The notes beneath the pieces are model-generated. The model had not been told where the DNA came from. It searched no databases and saw only the letters and a list, made by a program, of their open reading frames with translations. The position numbers and the translations under genes are program-made. A DNA stretch of 64,000 nt from Monocercomonoides exilis PA203 (Eukaryota; Protista; Preaxostyla), in assembly GCA_001643675.2 (NCBI GenBank), contig LSRY02000030.1, positions 744,001 to 808,000 of the forward strand. The letters run 5' to 3'. Of this stretch, positions 11,741 through 24,100 are shown piece by piece. Every line of letters starts with the position of its first letter. The stretch's first letter is position 1.

Positions 11741-14210
11741 ATGACAAGTGAAATATTAATTGATGATGTGAAAAAGGAGACTACTGGTGCTGAAATCGTT
11801 TGCAAATATTTTTTCGAAATAAATGATATAATTCATTTCTTTAAACTATTTTCAGATGTCTGAAATTGTGTTTTATAGAACATATGCTCAGACTCTTTCA
11901 TCTGGAAGAAAAGAAACGTTTGAAGAAACTGTCCAGAGAGTGGAAAACATGCATATTAATAAATTCCCTGAACATTTCTTTGAAATCCATCAAGCAATGA
12001 ATTTTGTGAGAGAGAAAAAAGTTGTTCCTTCGATGAGATCGATGCAATACGCAGGAAGAGCAATTGAATTGTCAAATGCAAGAATGTACAATTGCAGCTT
12101 TACAAATATTGAAAATTTCAGAGATTTCGCTGATATATTGTTTTTATTGTGCTGCGGATGCGGATGTGGATACAGCGTGCAGAAAAGGCACGTTTCAAAA
12201 TTACCAGCAATTAAACAAGGACACGAAGAATTGTTCATTATTCCTGATACAAAAGAAGGATGGGCAGAATCCGTTGTTCATTTATTGGAGAATCCCGAAG
12301 TTCAATTCGATTATTCGAAAATTCGTCCACGGGGAGCTCAGTTATCAACCGGGGGAACTGCAAGTGGGCCAGAAACTCTGGAATTGATGCATGAAAATCT
12401 TCGTACAATTGTTAAAGGAGCTATTGGGAGAAAATTAAAGCCACTGGAAGTTCATGATATTTTGTGTCAGATTGGAGATCTGATTGTATCAGGAGGATCA
12501 CGTAGAAGTGCTTTGATCTCATTATTTGATGTTGATGATGAGGAAATGATGAATTGCAAAGCAGGATGGGAATGGTTCAACACTCATCCACACAGAGCCA
12601 GAGCGAACAACTCTGCTGTTTTGCTGCGAAGTTCACCCACATTTATGAATGATTTGAAAATGTGCGTGAGGAAATGCTTTGAGAATGGAACAGGAGAGCC
12701 AGGGGTATTTTTGACAAATGATCCAGATTATGGAACAAATCCATGTGCTGAAATTTCGTTAAGATCAAAGCAAATGTGCAATTTGACAGAAGTGAATGTT
12801 GCTGCGTGCAAAACCAAAAAAGAGTTTATTGAAGCTGTTGAAGCCGCTGCGGCATTGGGAACACTGCAAGCAACATACACCAATTTTGAATTTATCCAAC
12901 CAGAATGGAAGAAGAACTGCGAAGAGGAAGCACTTCTTGGTGTTTCACTTACAGGACTTGCACAAAACTGGGAATTAATCTCAGCAGATGGAGGAGCAAC
13001 GCTTGAAGAGGCAGCACAAAGAGCAAAAGAGGTGAATGCAGAATGGGCAAAGAGACTTGGAATCAATCCAGCTGCTCGAATTGGATGTGTCAAACCGAGC
13101 GGGACAACATCAGCATTGCTTGGAACAACTTCTGGAATTCATGCAGCTCATGCTCCATATTATCTGAGAAGAGTGAGAATTGAGTCAAATTCTCCAATAA
13201 CTGCATATCTGCTGAATATTCTCCGCAGTTTGAAAAATCAGGACGATTCTGTTTCAGATGAATGGACACAATCATCATTTGCAATTTCTCCTAAAAGCAC
13301 ACCAGTTTATCAGATTGCAAGGTTGGCTGATGAATGCGAAAAGCACATTGGATTGCCGCTTATCGAAACAGACGTTTATTCAAGACAGAAATTGAAAGAC
13401 GAAGAGGAGAAAGTGCAAAGAGAAGAAGCAGAAAAAGCGAGACAAAAAGCAGAAATGGACGATGCAAAGGCAGAAAGCGAAGTAAGAACGCCTTCTCCTG
13501 TTCCTTCGCCCACTGAATCATCATCATCATCGTCTGGGCTGAGAGCCACAGCCGTTCCAGCGTCGCTTGTGGTAACTATGCCCATCAACATGAGCGGATC
13601 AATCGTTAGAGACAACGAAGCTGCTGTTTCTCTGTTGGACAGAGCAGCATTCATTCATCAGCATTTCATTCAAACTTCACATCGATCAGGGCCGAACTAT
13701 CACAATGTGTCATTGACTGTGAACTACAACCAGACACAAACAGTGATGAAGGAAGGAGAGATGGGAATGGAGACAATCAAAGGGGAAGAAGATGCTATTC
13801 TCAACTGGATAGAAGGACACACAAACTGCTTTGCTGGAATTGCGCTATTCCCTGACATGACAGCTGGCTCAAAGAAATATCCTCAATTGCCATTTGAAGA
13901 AGTTGAGAAAGAGGTTTATGAGAAATGGCTTGCAACATGGAAAAAACTGGGAGCAGTCGCTATGGAGAAGAAAAAGAGCGAGATCCAAGCAAGCAAGAAG
14001 CTGTTGTCCATAAAGAAATGCTCAATGTGTGCAAACATCTCAAGTACAGAAGGCAGCAATGAAGAAGAAGAAGATGCCAGCGAAGAAACAGAGAAAGATG
14101 TGTTGAAATTGCTGATTGAAGGAATGACAGAAGTTGAATGGGATCCAAATGCAGCCGATAAGAGAAAGGAGATTCTTGCCTGTGCTGGTGGAAATTGCGA
14201 GTATGTGTGA
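11741..14210 (+). CDS. nrdJ: Class II adenosylcobalamin-dependent ribonucleotide reductase (monomeric RTPR/NrdJ type)
   Basis: Motifs MYNCSF, GGSRRSALI, RARANNS, GEPG, TNPCAEISL (thiyl Cys), MCNLTEV, VKPSGTTS and C-terminal CAGGNCE redox pair. Probable 19-codon first exon 11741-11797 and intron 11798-11855 (GTTTG...TTCAG). Confidence 0.92.
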
Positions 14211-14942
14211 GCTTGAGAGCACAATCAATGCTTTTTGAACTCAATTATTGATTCGAGAATTGATTGAGAAATTTGAGCTTCTGATGATTCAGTGTTGCAT
14301 TGAGAATACACAAGAACACAGGAGATGACATATCAGCAAGGAACAATGAAATTGATATTTGACAAAGAAATAAATGCTTTTCATTCAATTACAACGATTT
14401 TCAAACAATCATCATTTTCAAAGAAGTGAAAAGAATTCTTTTGCTGTATTTTAAACAAGTTTCAGAAAAGGGCTATCCCTTTTTTTGATAGATTGCAACT
14501 TAAAAAATTTGACTTTTCAGTTCATTTTTATTTTTTGAATTTTTACGAATGATGTGTTTTTAAACACATTTTTTTCAATTCTGTTTTGTTTTCTTGTTTC
14601 ATTTCACAAAAATAACTCAAAAAATATAAATAATTAAAAAAAAAATCCACAAATTTGTAACATATTTTACAAAATCAATTCAGTTGATGATAAAACTTCC
14701 AAAAAACAATAAAACGGGAAGAAAGAAACATAACAATCTTTTTCCTCAAAAACTGAAAATTTGATATGGATTTAATAAGTTATAGATTCTATTCTAATAA
14801 TGAAAGCTAAGCAGCTGACTTAACATTGCATATCAAAACAAAAACTTGTTAAAAAGAAAAAGTTGGATTGAAAGAAAAGAAAAAAGTGACAAAAAAAAAA
14901 AAAAAAAAGAATAAAAATGCGAAAATGCTATCATTCGCTGAC

Positions 14943-17751
14943 TTAACGACTTGGCGGCGGAGGAGGTGGGGGAGGAGGGGGAGGAGGAACAGGAGCAGAA
15001 GAGTCCGTGGGTGAAGTCGGTGGAGCAACAGCAGTCGATCTTGGTGTTGGCGGGGCAGAAGTGGGTACATTAGAGCCAGATACAAGCGAAGCAGAAGAGA
15101 AAGGCCAAGGAGGAGGAAGCAGCGGAGGGAGAGGGGGATAATCAGTGACACAAACATCCACATCTTTTCCCTTTGCGCTTTCGGCTCCGATTGGAGGAGG
15201 AGGAAGAAGCGTCTGGGCATCGGGGATGTTGTAAGGGCTACGCTCGATAACAGGAGGTTGGGATGAAAGAGAAGAAGGTGTGGAAGAAGAAGAAGAAGAT
15301 GATGATGAACCGATATTCTCTTTGAATGCTCTGTCTTCTGCCTCACTCCAAGGCGACAGGTCTTCGTAATTGAAGCGCCATCTGTTTGTTTCTGTGTCCA
15401 AATGGAAGAAGCGCTGGCGCCAGCCAATCTTCTTCTCGTTCCGCTCAGCGTATTGTCTTCTCTGCTCTTCTTCAATCTTCGTTTTTTCGACTGTGGCACC
15501 GTCGTAGTCTACCTTCCGCAGATGCTTCGTGACGTTTGTCCAAAGACTGATAAAGTTATCATGAAAAAAAAAAAAAAAGAAAATGAATAAAAACAAAATG
15601 TAGAAGAGAATTGATTGTGATCAGATTATAGAGAAATAGTGCATATAGAGTACATTAATAATATAATTAGGTTACAAATAAGTTTTCATTTTTCATTTGA
15701 AATAAAATGATTATTAAACAGATGAGTAACTTCATTCAAAAGAAAAAAAGAAGAAATAGATCGCAACAAACAAACCGTCTGCTTTCGTGTGGAAGTTGCA
15801 AATCTTCAGTTGCAACACACTTGTTCAGCACTGTTTCTTTCTGCACATCAAACACCTTTTGCGGCTGGCCATTCTGAAATAAAATAGAAATGGCATTAAA
15901 AAAAAGAGAGAAAGAATGAAAAATTTGAAAAAAATATATGTCAATACATTCAAAAAGAACTGAAAAAACTTTGTTCCAAAAAATTTTGTTTTCAACAATT
16001 CTGAAGTTATTGAACAATAACAACAAAAAATAAATAACTTTAATAAAAATATTCTCATCACATCACCCAGAGCACTCATCCATCCATTCATAACACACTG
16101 CCACAATTGGTGGCTCTCTCTCATCTGTTATCGTCAAATAGCTCGTCCAATCCCCTTTCAGCGAAAACAGCTCTTTGCCCTTCACAACCTTCGGGCCGGG
16201 AATTAATCCCCCCGTCGCCTTCTTCATCTCTTCCTTTTCCGCATCTTTCTCTCTCTTCTTTTTGCCCTGTGATCGCTCTTGTACTGTTATTTCATTGATA
16301 CTCCCGGAAACCTGATTGTACTTGCCAAATAGCATGCTCTGTGTGTTAATAAGAATTTGAAATACAAGAATTACGAGCCATAAAAAAATTATATTCAAAT
16401 AAAAATCTTCCAATCCACTTACAATTGATAATTCCATCAAAGAAAGTTCATAAAAATATATTTTTTGCTCGAGTTCCAAAAAATCGTTAGCATTCCACGT
16501 CATATTTTCATCTCTTATTAACTTCCAAAATTCAACATAAAATTCTCCATCGCATTCATTCCATACTTTTGGCTCGAACTTAAGAAACGCGCCGAGTCCA
16601 GTGTCTTCGCAGATGATGTGGCAGGGGTCGCATATCTCCATCGCCATCTTCCCGATAAACACGCCCCGCACATACGCCGAAGGGAACGTGAAGTGGTAGC
16701 TCTCACATGGAATAGGCTTTCGTGGGGGGAGATGGCCGAATTTCTGATCAGAGCATTCCGAAGAAGCAGAGTTTTGACTGGATGATGCTGCTGCTGAAGA
16801 GGAAGAGGAAGAGGAAGAGGAAGAGGAAGAAGAAGAAGAAGAGGAAGCCAAAGAATTCTCTGAGTTTTCTGCACTTTTTGCTTGGAGTGCTGCTTTTGAT
16901 GGACGATTAATCAAAAATAACATTGCATCGCCTTCAAGGAGCGCTGCTGCAGAATTTCCAAGAAATTTTGATCGGGTGTATATCTGCCCTGTTGCCACAA
17001 AGCCTCTATATCGATTTTCAAAGTGAAATGCAGTGACTGGAGGATGATGCGACACCTGCTCACCGATATACCACGTTTTAGAACCGTCTGCGTGTGGCCA
17101 GAAGCATCTAAAAATCTCACCCAAAACGGGATTGTATGGCTTTCTTACCCCCTTTCGTTGCGAATGCCACCCAGAAAAATACCACTTTGTAAGTGCAACC
17201 ATCCTCATAATTGGATCATCTTCTAAAAGTGCTCTAAATGTTAAAAATCCATTAAGAAATTAAGAAATTATTATTTCTCAAACGAATGAAGGAAATCGGA
17301 ATGAGACATGAAATCAGTAAATCTTTCCGTGAAAGAACGATGCTCCAAAACAAATGTTGGCACTTTTATTGTTTAAATATGTAGGAAAGCGAACAAACAA
17401 AATACACGCCGTAGATGAATTAATAAATATTCTTTAAAAAAAACTACAAACATGTAATTCTTGACAAATCCATTCCGTGAGTAAGTTGTTTTGCCATTCC
17501 CAAGAGAATGCTTCGCGGCTTTTCATCAAAAACTTAATTAATAAATAATTATAATCAATTCTTTTAAAAATGTGTTGAATACTTTCTTCTTGATCCTCTA
17601 CAATAGTCATATCTTGCATGTTTTTAATTTCGCTCTCTGATGGAATAGGATCTTCTGGTGGTTCGTATCGAGGTGTAACAGCTCCAGATGGCGTTGATGG
17701 ACAACTGTCATCCGCAGAGCTTTCGTCAATAAGACATTCTCTCTCGCTCAT
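14943..17751 (-). CDS. Oxysterol-binding protein-related protein (ORD only, ORP5/8- or Osh-like) with poly-Pro tail; multi-exon
   Basis: KPYNPVLGE, EQVSHHPP, SKFLGNS, LPHESR, ATVEKTKIEEEQR and WRQRFF motifs spread over several exons. Confidence 0.92.
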
Positions 17752-18102
17752 TATTGATCTTTGCCCACTACATAATTGACGAATAATGTGAAATTTTAAA
17801 GTTTGTTTTTTCTTCAATATACATTTGATCTCGCAAAGAAATTGCTCACTTATGCAAAATTTTATTGTCAATATCAATAAAATTTTATTGTTTTCTTGAA
17901 ATACATTTTTTTATTCGTTTTCATTTTATGATTTATTATTTGTTATTTATCGATTTATTTTGCTTTTAAACACTATTACACTTTTTATTTGCATATGTTT
18001 CAATAAAAAAATCATATATCATTTTAATTTCAGGTGAAAATTCCTTAAGATCACAGAGAAAATGAAAAAATGAAATTCGACTAATTTATCAATGCTTTTC
18101 AT

Positions 18103-21100
18103 TTGAACGTATTATCTCCCTTCATTCAATATTCTATCATTCAAAGCAATGCTAACTCATCAATGATGTTTCTTTCTTGTACTTTAGATTATGATAACTC
18201 AAACGAATCGCCTTTTCAACTTAAAGGAGGATTTATATCTCTGACAAATTTCTCAATATCAGAAAAAAAGAACACTTTATTTCCTTCGCTCATTTCGTCT
18301 CCTCTTCATTCTACTATTTTTCACTTTCAATCAACGAGCTGGAAAAATATTATAATTAAAGAATCACATTATTATTGAATGGAAAATTTAAGTATGTATC
18401 TCTACAAAAGATGAACTTCTTTAATATTTCTACGATTCATTAAAAAAAATACTCAATCATTTAATGCAGCATCAAATGTCTTCTGCAAAGCCATGAAATT
18501 ACATAGCTGCACATTTGGAATCATTGGGAAGGCATTCAATGCAATTATATCCGATGAAAAGAGGTTATATCAACAAATAAAGATTGACAATTGTTCGCAC
18601 ATTGAATGCAATCATTATTTGAACAATGAAGAGCGCAAAATTTTGGTAGATTCTACATTGTTGAAGGATTCATCATGGCTTAACTGTTGCTCCAATGGCT
18701 CGATTGAAAACGAAAAGAGTGGAGGTGCAATTTTTATGACTTGTAATGAAACTGCTGAAATTGAAATAAAAAACTGTTCTTTTAGCAACTGCAGTTGCGA
18801 AAGTTCTGGCGGAGCGATATGTACAAAAAAACTTGCTTTCCACAATTGTGAATGGGTCAACTTTCGTTGATTGCCAATCTGGATATCTTGGTGGGTCAAT
18901 TTGCTTAATCGGAATAAAATCAAATTATCTTTTAAGCTTTAATAAATTTGTCAATTGCAAAACAAGCGGAACCTATGGAGGCGCAGCGTACATATATGGA
19001 TATCCATCAAATAATCAAGTTAACATGAATATTTTAGAGAATTGCAATTCTCTAAGTTATGGAGGAGGATTGATGCATCATGATACTCCAAGTGCAATTA
19101 GGTATTCAAATAAACTTACAAATAATTGCACATCCTCATTTGGAGGAGGACTTTATTTGAGTTTCTAGAATATTCAACCCACAATTCCAGAGATGAAATT
19201 GTTTTCTTTTTGTCTTTTTATAAATAATTCGGCCACGAAAGGAAATGATGTTCGTTTATTGGATTCAGAGAATTGTTTGAATTTCTTTGATCCAACGATT
19301 GGATGCTTAACAACTTCAGTTGAAAACCAAGTATTAATGTATGTTAATGAAGATTATATTTTTAATTTGATGCCAACAACTATTGACTCGCATTTGGTGA
19401 ATTTTGAGAATGGTCAAGACATTGACGTTTGTGGGCTTGAAGTCAAAAAATGTAGAACAATTGGGTTTTCTGTGACAAAAGCTAGATCGTCCACCAACTT
19501 TTCAATCATTCTTGAGAGCTCACTGATAAAAGAAACACAGATATTAATTGGCGAAAACATTGTTTGTATCAGTCGAAAAAACGAAACATTCGTTCCAGTG
19601 ATAGAATGTTGTTCAACAAATGGATCTTTCTTTCAAATTGGGACAGGGTCTCTGAAAATCGAACATATCGTTATTGTTTTGAGTCAAAATGCTTCTCCAG
19701 AAATAACCATTTTTCATAGCACGAACTCAGGCGAGCTTATAATACACAATTGCATTATCAAAGGAAGCTATCCTCCCACTTCAAATAGCCTGACCGCAGC
19801 TATTTTTTCTGGATGCAATTCAAAAACAGAAATTGGAATGTGTAATGTTTCTTCTTTTTTCCTTTCTGGCAAGCCTGTTTTTGATATTAAGCCATGCTCT
19901 TTACAAGCACCTTCACTTAATATTTCTAATACAACATTTTCAGGCATTTCAAGAAAGACCGGAAGCGGATGTATCTTTGAAAAAGTTATTGAAAGCGATG
20001 AACTGTTTTCAGTAAATGATGTTATTATTGAGGATTGCACAACAGAAGATGGAAATGGTGGTGGATTTTGGATTGAGTCGAATTATGGAAGTTCGCTGAG
20101 AATTGGAGTGAGCGAAAAAGAGACCTCATTCAGCAGGTGCTCATGCAAGAATTTATTACCAGGAAACGGATATGATGGAGGAATGTACCTAAAGTTTGAC
20201 AAAGGTGCAAGCGATTTTATTGTGACAAGCACTTCATTCACTGAATGCAGCGCATCTAAAGGAGGAACAAATATCTTCATCGAATGTCGGTGCCTGAAGG
20301 AATTGATTAATGCAACTTCTTTAAACTTTTTGCGAGAAGATATGCTAAACAGAGATTTAATGGGATTTGAGGAAGGAAATGAAAACGTTCCAATCGAATT
20401 AGAAGCATTTTTTGTGGAATTTAATGGAACTGGATATGTTGGAGGAGATAATGATTGTGACTTAAGTGGTTGTGGAACATATTCATACACTTGTACATCG
20501 TTATCACATCCTATTTCCTTACGATTTGAATTGATAGATAGAAATATAATTATAAATTCAATAGTAACACTTAAAGAAGCAATTGAGATGAACGATTTTG
20601 AATGCGAAATGACTGGTGCAACAACTACTACTCAATTTGATGTTTATCCTCCTTCAAGTATTCCTTCTGGGAATGTTATTTGTTTTAGAAATAATGCAAA
20701 TCTAATAAATTTGTGCTTTTCTCTTCATCCAAGTATTTCTTCTGCATCTGCTTTCATAAAATTTGCACCATCAACTGAGAAGACAAATTATTACAGATCT
20801 TTTCTTGCTCTTTTTCTGGTATCTCTGGATCTGAGATATCATGTGCCATTATTTCATCAACAAATGTAAAGATAACAATCAGCGAATGCACTTTGTCTGA
20901 ATTGTTATCATCATCCACACTGATGTTATTTGAATCTACAGTTGAAATAAATCAATCACATTTCCGAGATACTTGCGCTCCAAGCAGTGTTAAAGGTGGG
21001 GCGTTAAGCGTTTATTTAAAAGAGTATCAATATTTTTCTTTGAATGAATCAAGTAGCAACAACTGTGAATGCTCAAATACATCTGGAAAAGGAGGCTTTG

Positions 21101-24100
21101 TATATTTGAATGCGTTCCTCTCAATTCTTGAAGAGCCGTTTCTAATAAAGGCATGCAGTTTTGAAGGAAATTCTGCATTTCTTGGGAAAAACATATTTTT
21201 AGGTTAACAATCTGAGTGAGTCTGTATCGATGAATACTTTAAATATAAATTTCGATGGCATGAATTACGATGAGAACCTTTTTATTGGAAACGACAAATT
21301 TTTACCAAACCAATAGATCTCCTTCACTTTTTCGTCCCTCGTGTGTATTCTAATGTTTATCTTTCGACTGTAAATTTCGATCTGATAGGCTGTGGAAGTG
21401 TGGATGTTCCGTGCAAATCATTCGGAAAGGCAATAAATCAAAGAGATATGAATCTGACAGAATGGACAATTTATGCTGAAGATACTGCTGTAATCAATGA
21501 TCACTTTAATCTTTCAAATTGCTTTTTAAAGCCAAAGTTGCAAGAAAACAATAAAGATAGTGTCAGATTTTATCTTCAATCTCACACATCAACGGGAGAA
21601 GTTCCTTCAATGAGTAATGAAAGAAATCTTACATTTTTGGATATAGCCTTTCGAATAGAAGCTGTTGGAACAAATTCTATAAAAACAATTGTGATAAATT
21701 CTGGTGATTCACTTTCATTTGCTCATTGTTCTTTTGAAAATGTTGGAAATGAGGCAGATCAAAACGATTATTCTATAGTAATTATGAAGAAGGGAAAGCT
21801 TCAAATTGATGGTATTTCGATTCAAAACAACAAGAACAAAAAAGATGCTTTTGTAATTTCATTTGGATGCGAATCTGTTTTTAATAATTTGGAGATTATT
21901 TCAAGTTTTATCGATGAAGGAGGTGCTATTCGCATTGGTGCTGGTCAAGAATCGCTTAATAATGAGCAAATAATAATTACACATATACTTATCAATGGAT
22001 CAACTTTCAGATCGATTGAAAGAAGCAACAAAGGAGCAAGTGTTATCCAGTCTGAAAAGGAAGAAGAGCAAGTTGATTTAAACATAAATGATACTTCTCT
22101 TGAATCTTGTTCTGCTCCTTCTTCGACAAAAGGAGGCGCAGTGATGTTTTCATTGCATGAAGGAAGATCACTAAGGATCACTGACAGTACCTTTACGCAA
22201 TGCAATTGTAGTTACTCAAATGGAAGAGGAGGTGCATTGTTCATTTCAGCGAAATCTCACAAAGAGCTCGATTTTCTTTTAAATCATGTATCTTTTGCAT
22301 TTAATCTAGCGCATGTTGGCTGGAACGTATTTGTGGAATGTTATAACATATCCTCTCAGATCAATGAAACGCAATTTAAACTCGATTTCAGAACAATTCC
22401 ATCGCAGCTGCATTTGTTCTCTGGTTGTGATGCAACAGATCACACTGATGATACAGATCTGATGCAGTTTATTACGATCTATCAGGATTCCACCATCGTA
22501 GTATCAAATGCACCAAACAAATCTTCCACAAATTCGAGGCTATGTGGAAGTTACGAACAGCCTTGCATTTCTTTGGGTTATGCACTTGAACATTTGGTCC
22601 GCACATTCGAGAGCAGGCTAATGATTGACCAACAAACGTTCATTGAAAGCGAAATTGATTTGAAAAACCTTTCAATGCTTGCGCTTAGCACAGAACAAAG
22701 CAATGTGAGTTTTTCATCAGATCTTTCGAAGACTCGTGATTCACTTTTGAACACATTCTCAAGAGTTATTATTGAATCCATTTCATTTAAGTTTTCTCCT
22801 CAGACGCATTTAATGCATAACGCTATTTTCGATGCTGTGAATGGATCTTTGAAGATTTTGTCATCCACATTTGAATCTACGGATTTGACTTCTATTGCTT
22901 TTGCTTCGCAATTATTTCGAATATCTGCAGCATCATTAATTATGGAATTGGTCAGATACCAATCTTTATCGCTTCATTCTATTGTCAATTTTCAAGTTGA
23001 GAGTTCTTCATTAAGCATTTCGGACATTGTATTATCCTCGCTCATCTTATCGGATAATGCAATAAACTTTTTCAAAATATCTGAAAATACATTCGTCACC
23101 AATGTTAGAGTTTTTAACACCAGCCTGCTTGGAGGCTCAATCATTTATTTCCATTCTTCTGGTAATGCACATCTTGATGTTAGCAAACACACAAGAACAT
23201 CTTTTTCTCTTCTGAATTTTGCAAACATTTCATCAGCTGGTCCATCTAGCTGTGCTGTTTTTATCGAAAAGTTAACTGAAGCTCCTCTTGACATAATTAA
23301 TTGTTCTTTCAACAATTGTTCTACATCGAGTGAAAAAGGGAATACAATTTCAATTCATTCTTCAAAAGATATTATGTTCTCATCGTGCTCTATCAGCGGA
23401 AGCAATGACCTTCAAGAAAGGAATGAGAAAAATCATGAAACGAATGAAAAATTTGAAGAAATATGCAAATGGAGCGGATCTCTTGTGGATGCAGTGAACA
23501 GCTCAGTTGCATTGAAAGATACAACAATCGAAAATTCATCTACTGGAGGCATGACCATTTCTGGAGGGAATGTACTTGTTGAAAAAGGAGAATTTATTAA
23601 TAACAGCCCGTCGATAGAGAAGTATCCATCTGTTCGCAGAAACATCATCTGCTCAGATTCAGGAGAATTGAATGTTATCAGCTACAAAAATGGAGATGGA
23701 TTAATGAATGACACCTCATTTTGGATTCTGAATGAAGGATGCCAACTAAAAGGAATAATCAGCGATGTGTCTTCAGTTTTGTTTATTCCTTCTCTTCGTC
23801 ACGTAAACGCTGTTGAAGAAGACGATGTGTTGAAACTTAACTGCACGGGATCTCTTCTTTTGCCTTGCGGTCTATTTTTGCTCCTTGTAACGAAAGTGGA
23901 AGATCTTCATATTAAAGGAAACTACACTTTCGGAGATGAGGATTATGTTTCAGAAATGGAAGTTCATGCAAATATTCCATCCTCAGCAATTTCTTCTGCA
24001 CCTGCGGAAGCTGAAGTTTTAATATCAATTCTGTTTGGAAAAATAAATTCACCTTCATCAACTGACTCACTTATTTTGAAGAACAGAAGTGAGATTGATC

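Noticed and set aside
13225-13565. Intein in the RNR insertion
   Set aside because: No C/S start with an HN end and no LAGLIDADG motif; the insert is low-complexity
11856-14210. Bacterial contamination
   Set aside because: Probable intron, host-style poly-Ser inserts and contiguous eukaryotic neighbours
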